The notes: a model not told the origin generated them from the sequence alone. Positions 52,698 through 61,877 are shown, counted from the first letter of the stretch. The stretch: 64,000 nucleotides of DNA from an uncultured Acidobacteriota bacterium (GCA_963770995.1 CAVYRS010000002.1:43500-107499), one strand, 5' to 3'. Translations and numbers: made by a program.

Positions 52698-55136
52698 TCA
52701 CCTCCCGCCCGCCGTCGTCCGCACTGCTTCGGGCTTCAGGAAGCGGCTGATGAATTCCTCGAGCCGGGTGAACGCGTACAGGTATCGCTTGTGCAGCAAC
52801 GGTTCGTGCGTATCGTCCGGGAAGACGATCAGCTCGTGGTGGACGTTGTGCGCGCGCAGCAGCTGCACCAGGCCCGTCGTCTGGGAAAACTGCACGTTCC
52901 GATCGTCGTCTCCGTGGACGAGCAGCACCGGTGATTTCCACGTGTCGATCGCCGCGATGGCGGACGACTGGTACGACACGTTGTCACGATCGAGCGAGCT
53001 GCCCCAGAGGTGCACGCCCGCCAGGTCGACGCCGACCTTGAAGATGTCGGAGTTGCGCGCCAGCGCCTGTGCCGTCAACACGCCGCCGTAGGACAGACCC
53101 CAGATGCCGATGCGGTTGGGATCGACATCGGGTCGCGTCTGCAGGTACCGTCCTGCCGCGGCCACATCCTGATATTCCGCGTTGCCGCGACCAGCGGTGT
53201 TCGGCGCTGTGCGGAACGATTTGCCGTACCCGATGCCGCTCCGGTAGTTCACCGACAGCACGACAAAGCCGCGACTCGCCAGCCACTGATTGACGGCGTA
53301 CGCCACGTGATAGAAGTGCATGTAGTGATAACCGAGCAGCATCTGCCGCACGGGGCCGCCGTGGACGAACACGATGGCCGGGCGCCGCGTACCGGCGACG
53401 CCACCCGTTGGAAGAAACAGCTGATTGTGAATCTCGAGGCCGTCTGGCGCCTTGATGAGGACGTTCTCGGGCACGACGTGGGCATCGAGCGGGAACCCGG
53501 TCAACGACGGGTAGACGTACTTCGCGGCGCCGCCCGCGGCCGGCACGAGGCCGACGCCGAACGGACGCTTCGCGTCGCCGCCGAGCACTGCGACCTGTTT
53601 TCCTGACGACAGCGCGACCGGATAGGTCTCGATCGTCTCGCCGCGCGTCAGCTGTTCGGCCGTGCCGCCGGCTGTCGGCACCTTCCACACGTGCCGCCGC
53701 TCGATATCGCCGGCGTTGGTCGAGTAGAAGAGGACCTTGCGATCGGCGGACAACGCGGTGTGCTCGACTGCGCCCTCACCCGGCGTCAGCACAGCCGGTG
53801 TCGGCTGGCTGTTCGAGATGCTCACCGAATACCACCGCACCCACTCGTCGGGCTCCGCCTGAAAGATGACGTGATCGGCGTCGGCCCATTGAATCGCGTT
53901 GACGTTCGTGAAGTCCTTCTCGTCCTTCTGGTTGTGCCAGAACTCGCGCCCTTCGCCCGTCGCCGCGTCGGCGACCCAGAACGACAGCGTGTAGCCGCCG
54001 ATGAAGGCAGCGGTCATCAGCCCCGGGCGCGAATCGTCGCGAGCAGGCTCATCTCCTCCCGATCGCCCTGAGCTTGTCGAAGGGCCGCGCCCGCCTCGCC
54101 CAGTTGCCAGAGGGTTGTATGCCGGGCCGTTCGGGTTGCCGAGGCTCCCGGTTCCCCGCTGTGCCTGCTGACCGAACGGCGTCCCCGGCCGGCGGATGAA
54201 CGCGATGCGCTTTGCGTCGGCCGACCAGGTCGGACTCGTGTCGTGATCGACGCTCGGCGCCAGGAACGTGACCGTTTTCGCGCGCGTGTCGTACACGCCG
54301 ACGAAGCTGTGATCGACGCGGTTGCTGACGAACGCGATCTTCGTCCCGTCGGGCGACCACTTCGGATTGCTGTTCGTGCCCCACGCTTTGATCAGGGGCC
54401 CGGAGGTCCGGCTGAAGCCGGACCCCACGTACGATTTTGAGGTGGTTGCGCTTGCTGTCGTGGGGCCCGCCGATCCAGCAGTCGTGGGGTCCGCCTTTAG
54501 GCGGACCGGGACCGGAAGCGCGTAGATCTGCCCATCCTTCGCGAACACGACCGACGCGCCATCAGGCGACAACTCCGGCGTCGTGCCCTCGCCCAGCTTC
54601 CATGCAGTGCCGCCGGCGGTTCGCGCTGCCCAGATCGTGCGATCCGCTCCTGCGGGATTGCCGGTCGGGTTCGCCACCCACCCTTCGCGATTCGGCGGCG
54701 TCCCCCGCACGAACACCACCGTCGCGCCGTCGTCGGAAATCCTGATATCGCTCAACTCGATTCCGTCGTCCTTCAAGAAGCTCGTGAGCCGAACGGGCTT
54801 GAAGTCCGGAGCAGACGCCGCGAAGACATTGCGCAAGCCGTGCTCGTACGCAGTCCACGCGACCCGATCCGCGCGCCTCGCGGAGACGAGCTCGGTCGGA
54901 TACCCTGGCGCCAGAAACGGCTCGATCGTCGGCGCCGCGTAGGCTTGCCCTGAGCGAGCTTGTCCTTGGACAGGCCTGTCCTGAGCGAATCGCTCATCCT
55001 TCGACAAGCTCAGGATGAGCGGTGAGTCGAAGGACTCAGGAATGGCGAGTCGAAGGGTCGCTGCGCGCGGCGCGGGCGCGAGCTGCAGCGTTCCGGCGAG
55101 AAGGACAACGACGCCGATCGGGCCAAGGCGCTTCAT
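52698..55136 (-). CDS. Secreted S9 family serine peptidase (prolyl oligopeptidase/DPP type: N-terminal beta-propeller plus C-terminal alpha/beta hydrolase) containing three in-frame REP insertions
   Basis: ATG at 55136 overlaps the DinB stop (ATGA). The signal peptide is MKRLGPIGVVVLLAGTLQLAPAP. Motifs are WSPDGTKIAFVS, IVFVHGGP, GIWGLSYGG (nucleophile elbow) and LLVHGDDDRNV. The ORF is continuous through the repeats at 54045-54090, 54404-54508 and 54940-55062. Confidence 0.85.
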   Translation of the reverse strand: MKRLGPIGVVVLLAGTLQLAPAPRAATLRLAIPESFDSPLILSLSKDERFAQDRPVQGQARSGQAYAAPTIEPFLAPGYPTELVSARRADRVAWTAYEHGLRNVFAASAPDFKPVRLTSFLKDDGIELSDIRISDDGATVVFVRGTPPNREGWVANPTGNPAGADRTIWAARTAGGTAWKLGEGTTPELSPDGASVVFAKDGQIYALPVPVRLKADPTTAGSAGPTTASATTSKSYVGSGFSRTSGPLIKAWGTNSNPKWSPDGTKIAFVSNRVDHSFVGVYDTRAKTVTFLAPSVDHDTSPTWSADAKRIAFIRRPGTPFGQQAQRGTGSLGNPNGPAYNPLATGRGGRGPSTSSGRSGGDEPARDDSRPGLMTAAFIGGYTLSFWVADAATGEGREFWHNQKDEKDFTNVNAIQWADADHVIFQAEPDEWVRWYSVSISNSQPTPAVLTPGEGAVEHTALSADRKVLFYSTNAGDIERRHVWKVPTAGGTAEQLTRGETIETYPVALSSGKQVAVLGGDAKRPFGVGLVPAAGGAAKYVYPSLTGFPLDAHVVPENVLIKAPDGLEIHNQLFLPTGGVAGTRRPAIVFVHGGPVRQMLLGYHYMHFYHVAYAVNQWLASRGFVVLSVNYRSGIGYGKSFRTAPNTAGRGNAEYQDVAAAGRYLQTRPDVDPNRIGIWGLSYGGVLTAQALARNSDIFKVGVDLAGVHLWGSSLDRDNVSYQSSAIAAIDTWKSPVLLVHGDDDRNVQFSQTTGLVQLLRAHNVHHELIVFPDDTHEPLLHKRYLYAFTRLEEFISRFLKPEAVRTTAGGR
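54045..54090. repeat. REP family 2 unit inside the S9 coding sequence
   Basis: The hairpin ccctgagcttgtcgaaggg is preceded by gctcatc. It is read as GPSTSSGRSGGDEP. Confidence 0.7.
54404..54508. repeat. REP family 1 dimer inside the S9 coding sequence
   Basis: The units are aggtccggctgaagccggaccccacgtac and gtggggtccgcctttaggcggacc. They are read as VRLKADPT...SYVGSGFSRTSGP. Confidence 0.9.
54940..55062. repeat. REP family 2 cluster inside the S9 coding sequence, just after the signal peptide
   Basis: The central unit is gctcatccttcgacaagctcaggatgagcgg, with flanking units tgagtcgaaggactca and ccctgagcgagcttgtcc. It is read as ESFDSPLILSLSKDERFAQDRPVQGQ. Confidence 0.85.
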
Positions 55137-55636
55137 CGCTTCCCTCCAGTTCGGTAAAACGCGATCATGTCCATCGGCTTTGCAGGGGACGCTCCCAGCT
55201 GCCGCAGCATCGTCGTCACCTGCCCGCGATGGTAGCTCGCGTGATTGACGACGTGTTGCAGCATCTGCCAGATCGGCGATGAACCCTCCGCCCCGGTGAG
55301 CAGCTTGTAGTCGATCACGCGCTCGACGCCATCTTCGCCGAGCGCGTCGACGAACGCGCGCATCTTCGCCTCGTGCGAGGTCCATGCGGATCGCAACGAG
55401 GCGACATCGGGAAACTGATCGAACGGCAGGAGCGCCGTGGGCGACTCGCCGTGCCACCGCTGGTACCACGCCCACTCCGCCGCATACGTGTGCGCCACGG
55501 TATCGCGAACGGATTTGAAGCTGCTGCCGAGATCGCGGGTGAACTGATCCGGCGTCAACGCATCGAGCGCGTCGAGCAGCCGGTCGCGCGCCCAGTAGTG
55601 ATAGTCCACCAGAGTCCGCAGATCCTGGATGTTCAT
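55133..55636 (-). CDS. DinB family (damage-inducible, four-helix bundle) protein
   Basis: The sequence runs MNIQDLRTLVDYHYWARDRLLDAL...VAHTYAAEWAWYQRW...MLQHVVNHASYHRGQVTTMLRQLG. Confidence 0.85.
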   Translation of the reverse strand: MNIQDLRTLVDYHYWARDRLLDALDALTPDQFTRDLGSSFKSVRDTVAHTYAAEWAWYQRWHGESPTALLPFDQFPDVASLRSAWTSHEAKMRAFVDALGEDGVERVIDYKLLTGAEGSSPIWQMLQHVVNHASYHRGQVTTMLRQLGASPAKPMDMIAFYRTGGKR

Positions 55637-55663
55637 CGAAGCCTCATCGCCACGTTCGAAACA

Positions 55664-55693
55664 GCCACGAAATCACGAAAACACGAAAAAGAC
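55664..55693. repeat. Half copy (one arm) of the cacgaaa word element
   Basis: The sequence gccacgaaatcacgaaaacacgaaaaagac has no inverted arm within the next 60 nt. Confidence 0.65.
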
Positions 55694-55721
55694 AACAGGC
55701 TGCGCCACATTCCGCTAACAC

Positions 55722-56312
55722 TCAGCGAACAATTGCCGCGCGCAGAATCCTGTCCAGTTTCGGGAATTCCCGATCGAGATATGCGTTCCCGCCGTCGAAC
55801 AGCGGCTGCTGCCGCCCGGCGCGAATCCCGCCGCCGGATTCCTCGCCGTAGTCGCTGAAGAGCGCGTCCGCGACGCCCATCCCCTCGACGACCTCGCCGA
55901 ACGGCGCGAAGCCCTGCGTATCCTGCACGGAGTTGTCGCGCAGGCTTATGTACACCTGCGTCGTGCGCCCGTTCGCATCCTTGAAGGCGAACGCCACGCG
56001 TCCGCGCACCACCGACGCCTTGTTCGGGTCGTCGGGGATCGTCGCGGATCGCCACTGCGTCGACACCCGTGGATCGCCGTTGATCCCGAACTGCGCCCAC
56101 TGGCCCTTCACGACGCGGAAGAAACGGGTGTCGTCGTAGTAGCCGCTGGTCACGAGCTCGTGGAACCGATCCGCGCCGTGCGGCGCCCAATCGCGATGGA
56201 CCGCGATGACGATCGCGCCTTTCGTCGTCTCCAGCCGAACCCGAAACTGCGATGGCGCCGACGCCGCCGTCTGCATCAGCGTCAGCGCCACCGCCGCGAG
56301 AATCACGCGCAT
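55722..56312 (-). CDS. Secreted cyclophilin-type peptidyl-prolyl cis-trans isomerase
   Basis: The signal peptide is MRVILAAVALTLMQTAASA. Motifs are HRDWAPHGADRFHELVTSGYYD, FFRVVKGQWAQFG and FAPFGEVVEGMGV. Confidence 0.85.
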   Translation of the reverse strand: MRVILAAVALTLMQTAASAPSQFRVRLETTKGAIVIAVHRDWAPHGADRFHELVTSGYYDDTRFFRVVKGQWAQFGINGDPRVSTQWRSATIPDDPNKASVVRGRVAFAFKDANGRTTQVYISLRDNSVQDTQGFAPFGEVVEGMGVADALFSDYGEESGGGIRAGRQQPLFDGGNAYLDREFPKLDRILRAAIVR

Positions 56313-56324
56313 ATCGCGAACATT

Positions 56325-57401
56325 CTACTCAGAGCGTTCACGATCCCGGTACATCGCCCTTGCCGCCTTGTGGATCTGCTTCCATCGCCGCTTGGTGTTG
56401 GCGGCCAGCGCCTTATCGTGTTTGCGGGCTTCGAAGGCGGCCTCGCGCTCCAGCCGGCGGAAGTTCTCCAACCGGTCGGCATCGAGCCGGCCGGTCTCGA
56501 CCGCCTCACGGACGGCACACCCCGGTTCGCCCCCGTGCCCGCAGTCCGAAAAGCGACAGCCCTGCGCGATCGCGTGAACGTCGTCGAACGCGCCGGCGAC
56601 CGCCAACTCGCCGTCGAACGCTTGCACTTCACGCAGACCCGGCGTGTCGATCAGCAGCGCCCCGCCGCGCACCTCGAACAGCTGCCTGGCCGTGGTGACG
56701 TGGCGCCCCCGGCCGTCCGATTCGCGGATCGCGCCGACGCGCTGCTCCTCCCTTCCAAGGAGTCGATTGACCAGCGTGGACTTCCCCACACCCGACGATC
56801 CGAGCAGAACGATCGTCTGCCCGGGCCGAAGGTACGCGTCGAGGGCTTCGAGCCCGGCGCCGGAGATTGCACTAAGTGCCACGACGTCGGCAAACGGAAC
56901 ACGCTGCCGAACGGTGCGGCACGCAGCTTCGACGTCGTCGCAGATATCCGCCTTGGTCAGCAGGATCATCGGCGTGGCGCCGGCGTTCCAGGCAATCGTG
57001 AGATACCGCTCGATGCGACGCAGATTGAAATCCTCGGTGAGCGCGCAGACGACGAAGATCGTGTCGACGTTGGCGGCGAGCACCTGTTCGGAGGACGCCT
57101 CGCCGACGCCGGCACGGGACACGGTGCTGTGCCGTTCCAGCCGAACATGAATGACGCCGCGGTCCTCGCCCGCCGCCGTCACGCCCAGCCAGTCGCCGAC
57201 GGCCGGCGTGTTCGATCCCTCCAACAGGTCGTAGCGAAAGCGACCGCTGACTTCCGCGAGACCTTCGAACTCCCCCGCGACGCGGAACCAGCCCCGCTGC
57301 ATTTCAATCACACGAGCGAACAGCAGATCGCTTCGCTCGATCCGCTGGCGTTGATCCTCGAAAAACGAAGTCCAGCCAAGATGCTCCAGTGAAGACACCA
57401 C
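56325..57401 (-). CDS. rsgA: Ribosome small-subunit-dependent GTPase A
   Basis: The circularly permuted GTPase motifs are LLTKADI, LLGSSGVGKSTLVNRL, RHVTTARQLFEV and LIDTPGLREV. The zinc knuckle is CRFSDCGHGGEPGCAV. Confidence 0.9.
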   Translation of the reverse strand: MVSSLEHLGWTSFFEDQRQRIERSDLLFARVIEMQRGWFRVAGEFEGLAEVSGRFRYDLLEGSNTPAVGDWLGVTAAGEDRGVIHVRLERHSTVSRAGVGEASSEQVLAANVDTIFVVCALTEDFNLRRIERYLTIAWNAGATPMILLTKADICDDVEAACRTVRQRVPFADVVALSAISGAGLEALDAYLRPGQTIVLLGSSGVGKSTLVNRLLGREEQRVGAIRESDGRGRHVTTARQLFEVRGGALLIDTPGLREVQAFDGELAVAGAFDDVHAIAQGCRFSDCGHGGEPGCAVREAVETGRLDADRLENFRRLEREAAFEARKHDKALAANTKRRWKQIHKAARAMYRDRERSE

Positions 57402-57447
57402 GCCCTCTCTCTCTCAAACGGAGCCAGATTGTTGGGATTGTCGGGAA

Positions 57448-57561
57448 GGGACGGGTCTGACGGTCGCGATCTACTGTAGGGGCCGACCCATGTGTCGGCC
57501 CGGGCGGACACGTGGGTCCGCCCCTACGAGCAAGAGATCGGTGTCAAGGCAGACCCGTCCC
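57448..57561. repeat. Composite palindrome: 12-bp perfect outer inverted repeat enclosing a REP family 4 unit (GTAGGGGCCGACCC.../...GGGTCCGCCCCTAC)
   Basis: gggacgggtctg (57448-57459) pairs with cagacccgtccc (57550-57561). The inner sequence is gtaggggccgacccatgtgtcggcccgggcggacacgtgggtccgcccctac. Confidence 0.8.
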
Positions 57562-57630
57562 ACGCACGATCCCTCACGGCTCTCATAGGACAGGTCCTCC
57601 TTTCGAGCGCTATTGTAGCGCAGACGCAGC

Positions 57631-57673
57631 GTCCGGCTTCAGCGCAGATGTCGTGTCCGGCTTCAGCCGGACT
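57631..57673. repeat. Degenerate REP family 1 unit
   Basis: The sequence is gtccggcttcagcgcagatgtcgtgtccggcttcagccggact. Confidence 0.7.
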
Positions 57674-57678
57674 TTCGT

Positions 57679-58624
57679 TTATTTCAGCGTCGCCAATAGC
57701 TCGCGTGCCTGCGCCACCTGCGCCGCGTCCGGCGGCGCGAGCGTGATGTACTTCTCCAGATCGACCTTCGCTTCCGCACGCTGCGCCGCCTGGAGCCGGG
57801 CGAAGCCGCGGTAGTAATACGGATCGGCGGCGTCGGGAAAGCGCGCGATGACGCGGTCGAGCACCGCAATGGCGTCGGCGGAACGCCGCTTGTTGATCAG
57901 GTTCACGGCTGCGTCGGCCAGCACGGATGGATTCTCCAGAGTGGTCTCATCGATCTTCGACAAGTTACCCCATCACGCGCGGAAAGTCGTTCACCTGCGT
58001 GGCGCTCGCCGCGGCGAGCTGGAGAAGCATCGTGTCGTTGGGATTGGTCGCCAGCGCGAGATCGAGGTACTTGAGCGCTTCGGGATGGTTGCCCTCGCGC
58101 CCGTAGGTGAAAGCGATCGCGCGGTTGATCCCTGCCAGCTCCGGGTGCGCCTCGAGCACCTGCATGTACTCGGCGCGGGCCTCGGCGTTCTTGCCTTCTT
58201 TGTAGAACGCATCGGCCTTCGTCAGCAGTTCCGGGCTGTTGTCGCGCTTCAGCTGGACGGCGAGCGGCGTCTTTTTCTCGCCGACGGTCAGCGTCTGACG
58301 CACCGTGACGAAATCGGGTGCTTCAATCTGTACCCGCCATTCACCCGGCTTGATGTCCTTGGCCGAGAACTCCCCGTTCTTCTTCGTCGTGGCAGCAAAC
58401 CCGTTGTTGGACGTCACGAAGACGAAGGTCACTTTCGCGTCGGCAATCGCCTTCCCCGCATCGTCGGTGACTTTCCCCGCCACTTCCGCCTTGCCGCGCC
58501 ATTCGGCCGCCTTGTCTTTGACAGGATCGCCGGGGGGCACGCCGCCGCCGCGGCCCTGCGCAAGCGCCAGCGTTCCGAGCGACAGACACAGCAGAGTGAT
58601 CGATGCGATGCGGGACAGACTCAT
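57679..58624 (-). pseudogene. Secreted carboxypeptidase-regulatory-like domain plus TPR repeat protein, split by one frameshift at a CCCC/GGGG run (57967-57970)
   Basis: ATG at 58624 gives MSLSRIASITLLCLSLGTLALAQ, then GKVTDDAGKAIADAKVTFVF and TPR repeats ending ...FPRVMG-stop. The TPR continues in the adjacent ORF 57679..57963 (LSKIDETTLENPS...PYYYRGFARLQ). Removing one G restores MGNLSKIDE. Confidence 0.7.
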
Positions 58625-58670
58625 GGCTTGAAGTGTACTCTCACAACTGTGGACGACGACGGGACCCACG

Positions 58671-61600
58671 TCACCGGCCTGTTAACGGCGTGATCGCGGT
58701 GCCGATCGCCCGGTTGAACGCCGGCACGTCCTGGTCCATCACCTTGCGGTATTCCGCCTTCGCGGCGTTCAGATCTTTCTCGATGGTCTCGAGCAGGCCG
58801 ACCGACGTGTCAGTCGGGGGAAAATCCGCGCCCCCAGCCACGTCGCCTGCGCCGGGACCCACCTCGCCGTTCAGCCATATCAAGTTCATGTAGACCCTGT
58901 AGGCCTGCTGGAAATACTTGTCGTCGCTGGTCATCTGCGCGGGCTCGAGCAGCTTGGATTCCAGGTCGAACAGCTTCTTGTCCATCTCCGCGACCTGCTT
59001 GAGCAGCGCTTCCTTGGACTTATCGCTCTTGTAGGCCTTCTGCACGTCTTCGAGCTGTTTCCGCATGATCTCGATGGCGTTGATCATGTCGGCAGCCGCG
59101 CTGATGTTGTCGCGTAAACGCAGTTGCAGCCGGACCGACAGGTCGAGATCCGCGACAGAGGTCGGGACCTTCGGGTCTCGCAGGACTTCCAGCGGCTGCG
59201 TGAACGACTGGCCGTCCACGGTCAGCTTGACCGTGTACTTGCCCGGCACCGCGATTGGCCCGACCTGCGCCGGCTCGAGTCCCCAGTGGGTGACCGGCCG
59301 CGTGTCCTGCCCGCGGAACCGCGGCTCCTCCCAGATGTGCGGGTTCTCCGCCGGCGTCGTCCGCATCGCGACGAGGCGCGGCGGTTCGTGGCGGAGATCC
59401 CAGTTCGCGCGATTCAACCCGGCGCGCCCCTCGGACTTCAGCTCGCGCACGATCTGCCCCTCGCCGTTGAGGATCTGCACTGACACCTGTTCACGCGGCG
59501 CAGCCTTCAGCGCGTAGTTGATGACGGCGCGGCCCCGCTGCGTCCATCGATGGGCAGGACGCGGCGTGAAGAGCCTGGCGGCGTCGGTGGTGGTTGGCCC
59601 GCCTTGTTCCAGCGGCGTGATGTCGTCGAGTACGTACAGCCCGCGCCCGTAGGTGGAGACCACGACGTCGTGAAACTGTTTCTGCACGACGACCCAGCTC
59701 ACCGGCGCTCGCGGAAGTCCGGCAGACACCTGCGTCCAATGCGCGCCGTCGTCCAGCGAGTAGTAGAAGGCATGGCCGGTGCCGGCGAACAGCATGCCCT
59801 GCTTGTTCGGATTCTCTGCGACCGCCTTCACGTACGACAGCGGGTGCTTGTTCGGTAGATCGCCGTTGACGCGTTTCCAGGTTGCGCCGTAGTCGGTCGT
59901 CTTGAAGATGTACGGCTCGCGGCTGTCCATCAGGTGATTGTCAACTGCGATGTACGCCGTGCCGCCGCTGAAGTGGGAGGGCTCGATCTTCGACACGATC
60001 CCCCACTCCGGCATGCCGGTAATGTTCTTCGACACGTCGTTCCACTTCGCCCCGGCGTCTTTCGTATACCAGACCTTGCCGTCGTTCGTGCCGGCCCAGA
60101 TGAGGCCCCTCTCCACCTGCGACGTGGCGATCGCGAAGATCACCTCCGGCGCGAACTGCCCCAGGTTGTCGCCGACGATGCCGCCCGACGGCATGATCTT
60201 GGAGGGATCCTGTGTCGACAAATCGGGGCTGATGATCCGCCAGGTCTGGCCCGCGTTGCTGGTGTGGAAGATGACGTTGCAGCCGTAATAGACGTTCTTC
60301 GAATCGAACGGATCGATCGCCAGCGGGGCGCTCCAGTGACAACGGTACTTCGACTCGGTCGGGGGCGCGTCGAGCGTGATCATGCTCGGCGCTACCGACC
60401 GGGCGATTTTCAGCCGATGGTCGTAGCGCGTGACCTTGTTGCCGTAGCACGTCGACCAGACGACGTTCGGGTCGGCGGGGTCGGGCACGGTGTGCCCCGA
60501 CTCGCAGCCGCCGAGGCCGTGATCCCAGGTATTCCCCGACCCGTTGTAGCCGGCGCCCGCGTTCTCGGCCGCGATCATCGACCCGCGCATCGTCCCGTCG
60601 TCCTGCATGTTCGAGTAGACGTAGTACGGGATCTGATTGTCGACGGTGACGTGATACATCTGGCCGATCGGGAGCGTGACGCGCTGCAAGCTCCGCGCAT
60701 GCTGCGTTGTGATCGTGAGGCCGGCGTCGTGCGTAATCACGAAGCGATCGGCATCCTTGGGATCCCACCAGATATCGTGATTGTCGCCGCCCCAGAACCG
60801 CTCGTCGAACGAGCGGCCACCGTCGGTGGACTGCCAGAAGGAGCTGTTCGAGACGAACACTTCGTCTTCGTTCGCCGGCGACACCCGGAGGTGAATGTAG
60901 TAGCCGGCCCGTCCGATCAGGGCGCGCTGCCAGTTCACCACGCGCCACCTGTCCCCGCCATCATCTGATCGCCAGACCGATCCCTGGTCCTTCGTCTGAA
61001 TCAGCGCGTAGACGCGATTCGAGTCGGTCGGCGCCACGGCGACGTCGATCTTGCCCAACGGGCTGCGTGGCAAACCCGGCGCCTCAATCCGCGACCACGT
61101 GGTCCCACTGTCGTGGGAGACGAAGACGCCGCTGCCTGGTCCCCCGCTGATCTCCGCCCACGGATGCATCTCGACCTGCCACGTGCCCGCGAAGATGTTG
61201 CGCGGGTTCTTGGCGTCCATCGAGAGGCCCGAGCAACCGGTGTTCTCGTCGACGAAGAGGACGCGCTCCCATTTCTGTCCGCCGTCAGTGGTGCGGAACA
61301 CCCCGCGCTCTTGCTGCGGCGCGGTCAGCCGTCCGGTCGCGCAAGCGAAGACGATGTCGGGGTTTGTGGGGTGAATCAGGATCCGCGCGATGCGCCCGGT
61401 TTCGTCGAGCCCGGCGTGCGTCCATGTTTTGCCAGCGTCGGTCGACTTGTAGATGCCGTCGCCGATGACGTCGCTATCGCGAATGGCCCACGCTTCGCCG
61501 GTTCCGGCCCACACCACGTTCGGATCGGACGGCGCCACCGCGAGCGCGCCGATCGCGGCGACTGGCATGCTGTCGGAGATCGGCGTCCAGCGGATGCCGC

Positions 61601-61835
61601 CATCGGTGGTCTTCCAGATGCCACCGGATGCGGCGCCTGCGTAGTAGATGTAGGGATCACCCGGCACGCCCGCGACCGACGCGATGCGGTTGCCGACGAC
61701 GGGGCCGAGGAAGCGGAACGACAACGCGTCGGCCGGCGCGCCGCCTTGACGACGCTGGCCGGCGAGAAAGTTGGGAAACGCCACCGCGATGAGGATTGCC
61801 GCAACGATCGCCCACACGAAGCGGGTGAACTTCAT
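58671..61835 (-). CDS. Secreted sortilin/VPS10-like BNR (Asp-box) repeat beta-propeller protein, paralog 2
   Basis: ATG at 61835 gives MKFTRFVWAIVAAILIAVAF. Asp-box-like repeats include KTTDGGIRW, KSTDAGKTW, RTTDGGQKW, VSHDSGTTW, RSDDGGDRW, QSTDGGRSF, HTSNAGQTW, YTKDAGAKW, KTTDYGATW and YSLDDGAHW. The ORF is intact. Confidence 0.85.
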   Translation of the reverse strand: MKFTRFVWAIVAAILIAVAFPNFLAGQRRQGGAPADALSFRFLGPVVGNRIASVAGVPGDPYIYYAGAASGGIWKTTDGGIRWTPISDSMPVAAIGALAVAPSDPNVVWAGTGEAWAIRDSDVIGDGIYKSTDAGKTWTHAGLDETGRIARILIHPTNPDIVFACATGRLTAPQQERGVFRTTDGGQKWERVLFVDENTGCSGLSMDAKNPRNIFAGTWQVEMHPWAEISGGPGSGVFVSHDSGTTWSRIEAPGLPRSPLGKIDVAVAPTDSNRVYALIQTKDQGSVWRSDDGGDRWRVVNWQRALIGRAGYYIHLRVSPANEDEVFVSNSSFWQSTDGGRSFDERFWGGDNHDIWWDPKDADRFVITHDAGLTITTQHARSLQRVTLPIGQMYHVTVDNQIPYYVYSNMQDDGTMRGSMIAAENAGAGYNGSGNTWDHGLGGCESGHTVPDPADPNVVWSTCYGNKVTRYDHRLKIARSVAPSMITLDAPPTESKYRCHWSAPLAIDPFDSKNVYYGCNVIFHTSNAGQTWRIISPDLSTQDPSKIMPSGGIVGDNLGQFAPEVIFAIATSQVERGLIWAGTNDGKVWYTKDAGAKWNDVSKNITGMPEWGIVSKIEPSHFSGGTAYIAVDNHLMDSREPYIFKTTDYGATWKRVNGDLPNKHPLSYVKAVAENPNKQGMLFAGTGHAFYYSLDDGAHWTQVSAGLPRAPVSWVVVQKQFHDVVVSTYGRGLYVLDDITPLEQGGPTTTDAARLFTPRPAHRWTQRGRAVINYALKAAPREQVSVQILNGEGQIVRELKSEGRAGLNRANWDLRHEPPRLVAMRTTPAENPHIWEEPRFRGQDTRPVTHWGLEPAQVGPIAVPGKYTVKLTVDGQSFTQPLEVLRDPKVPTSVADLDLSVRLQLRLRDNISAAADMINAIEIMRKQLEDVQKAYKSDKSKEALLKQVAEMDKKLFDLESKLLEPAQMTSDDKYFQQAYRVYMNLIWLNGEVGPGAGDVAGGADFPPTDTSVGLLETIEKDLNAAKAEYRKVMDQDVPAFNRAIGTAITPLTGR

Positions 61836-61877
61836 ATGAACAGCATTGTACGCAGGAGCCGTCGTGGCGCATTGTGG

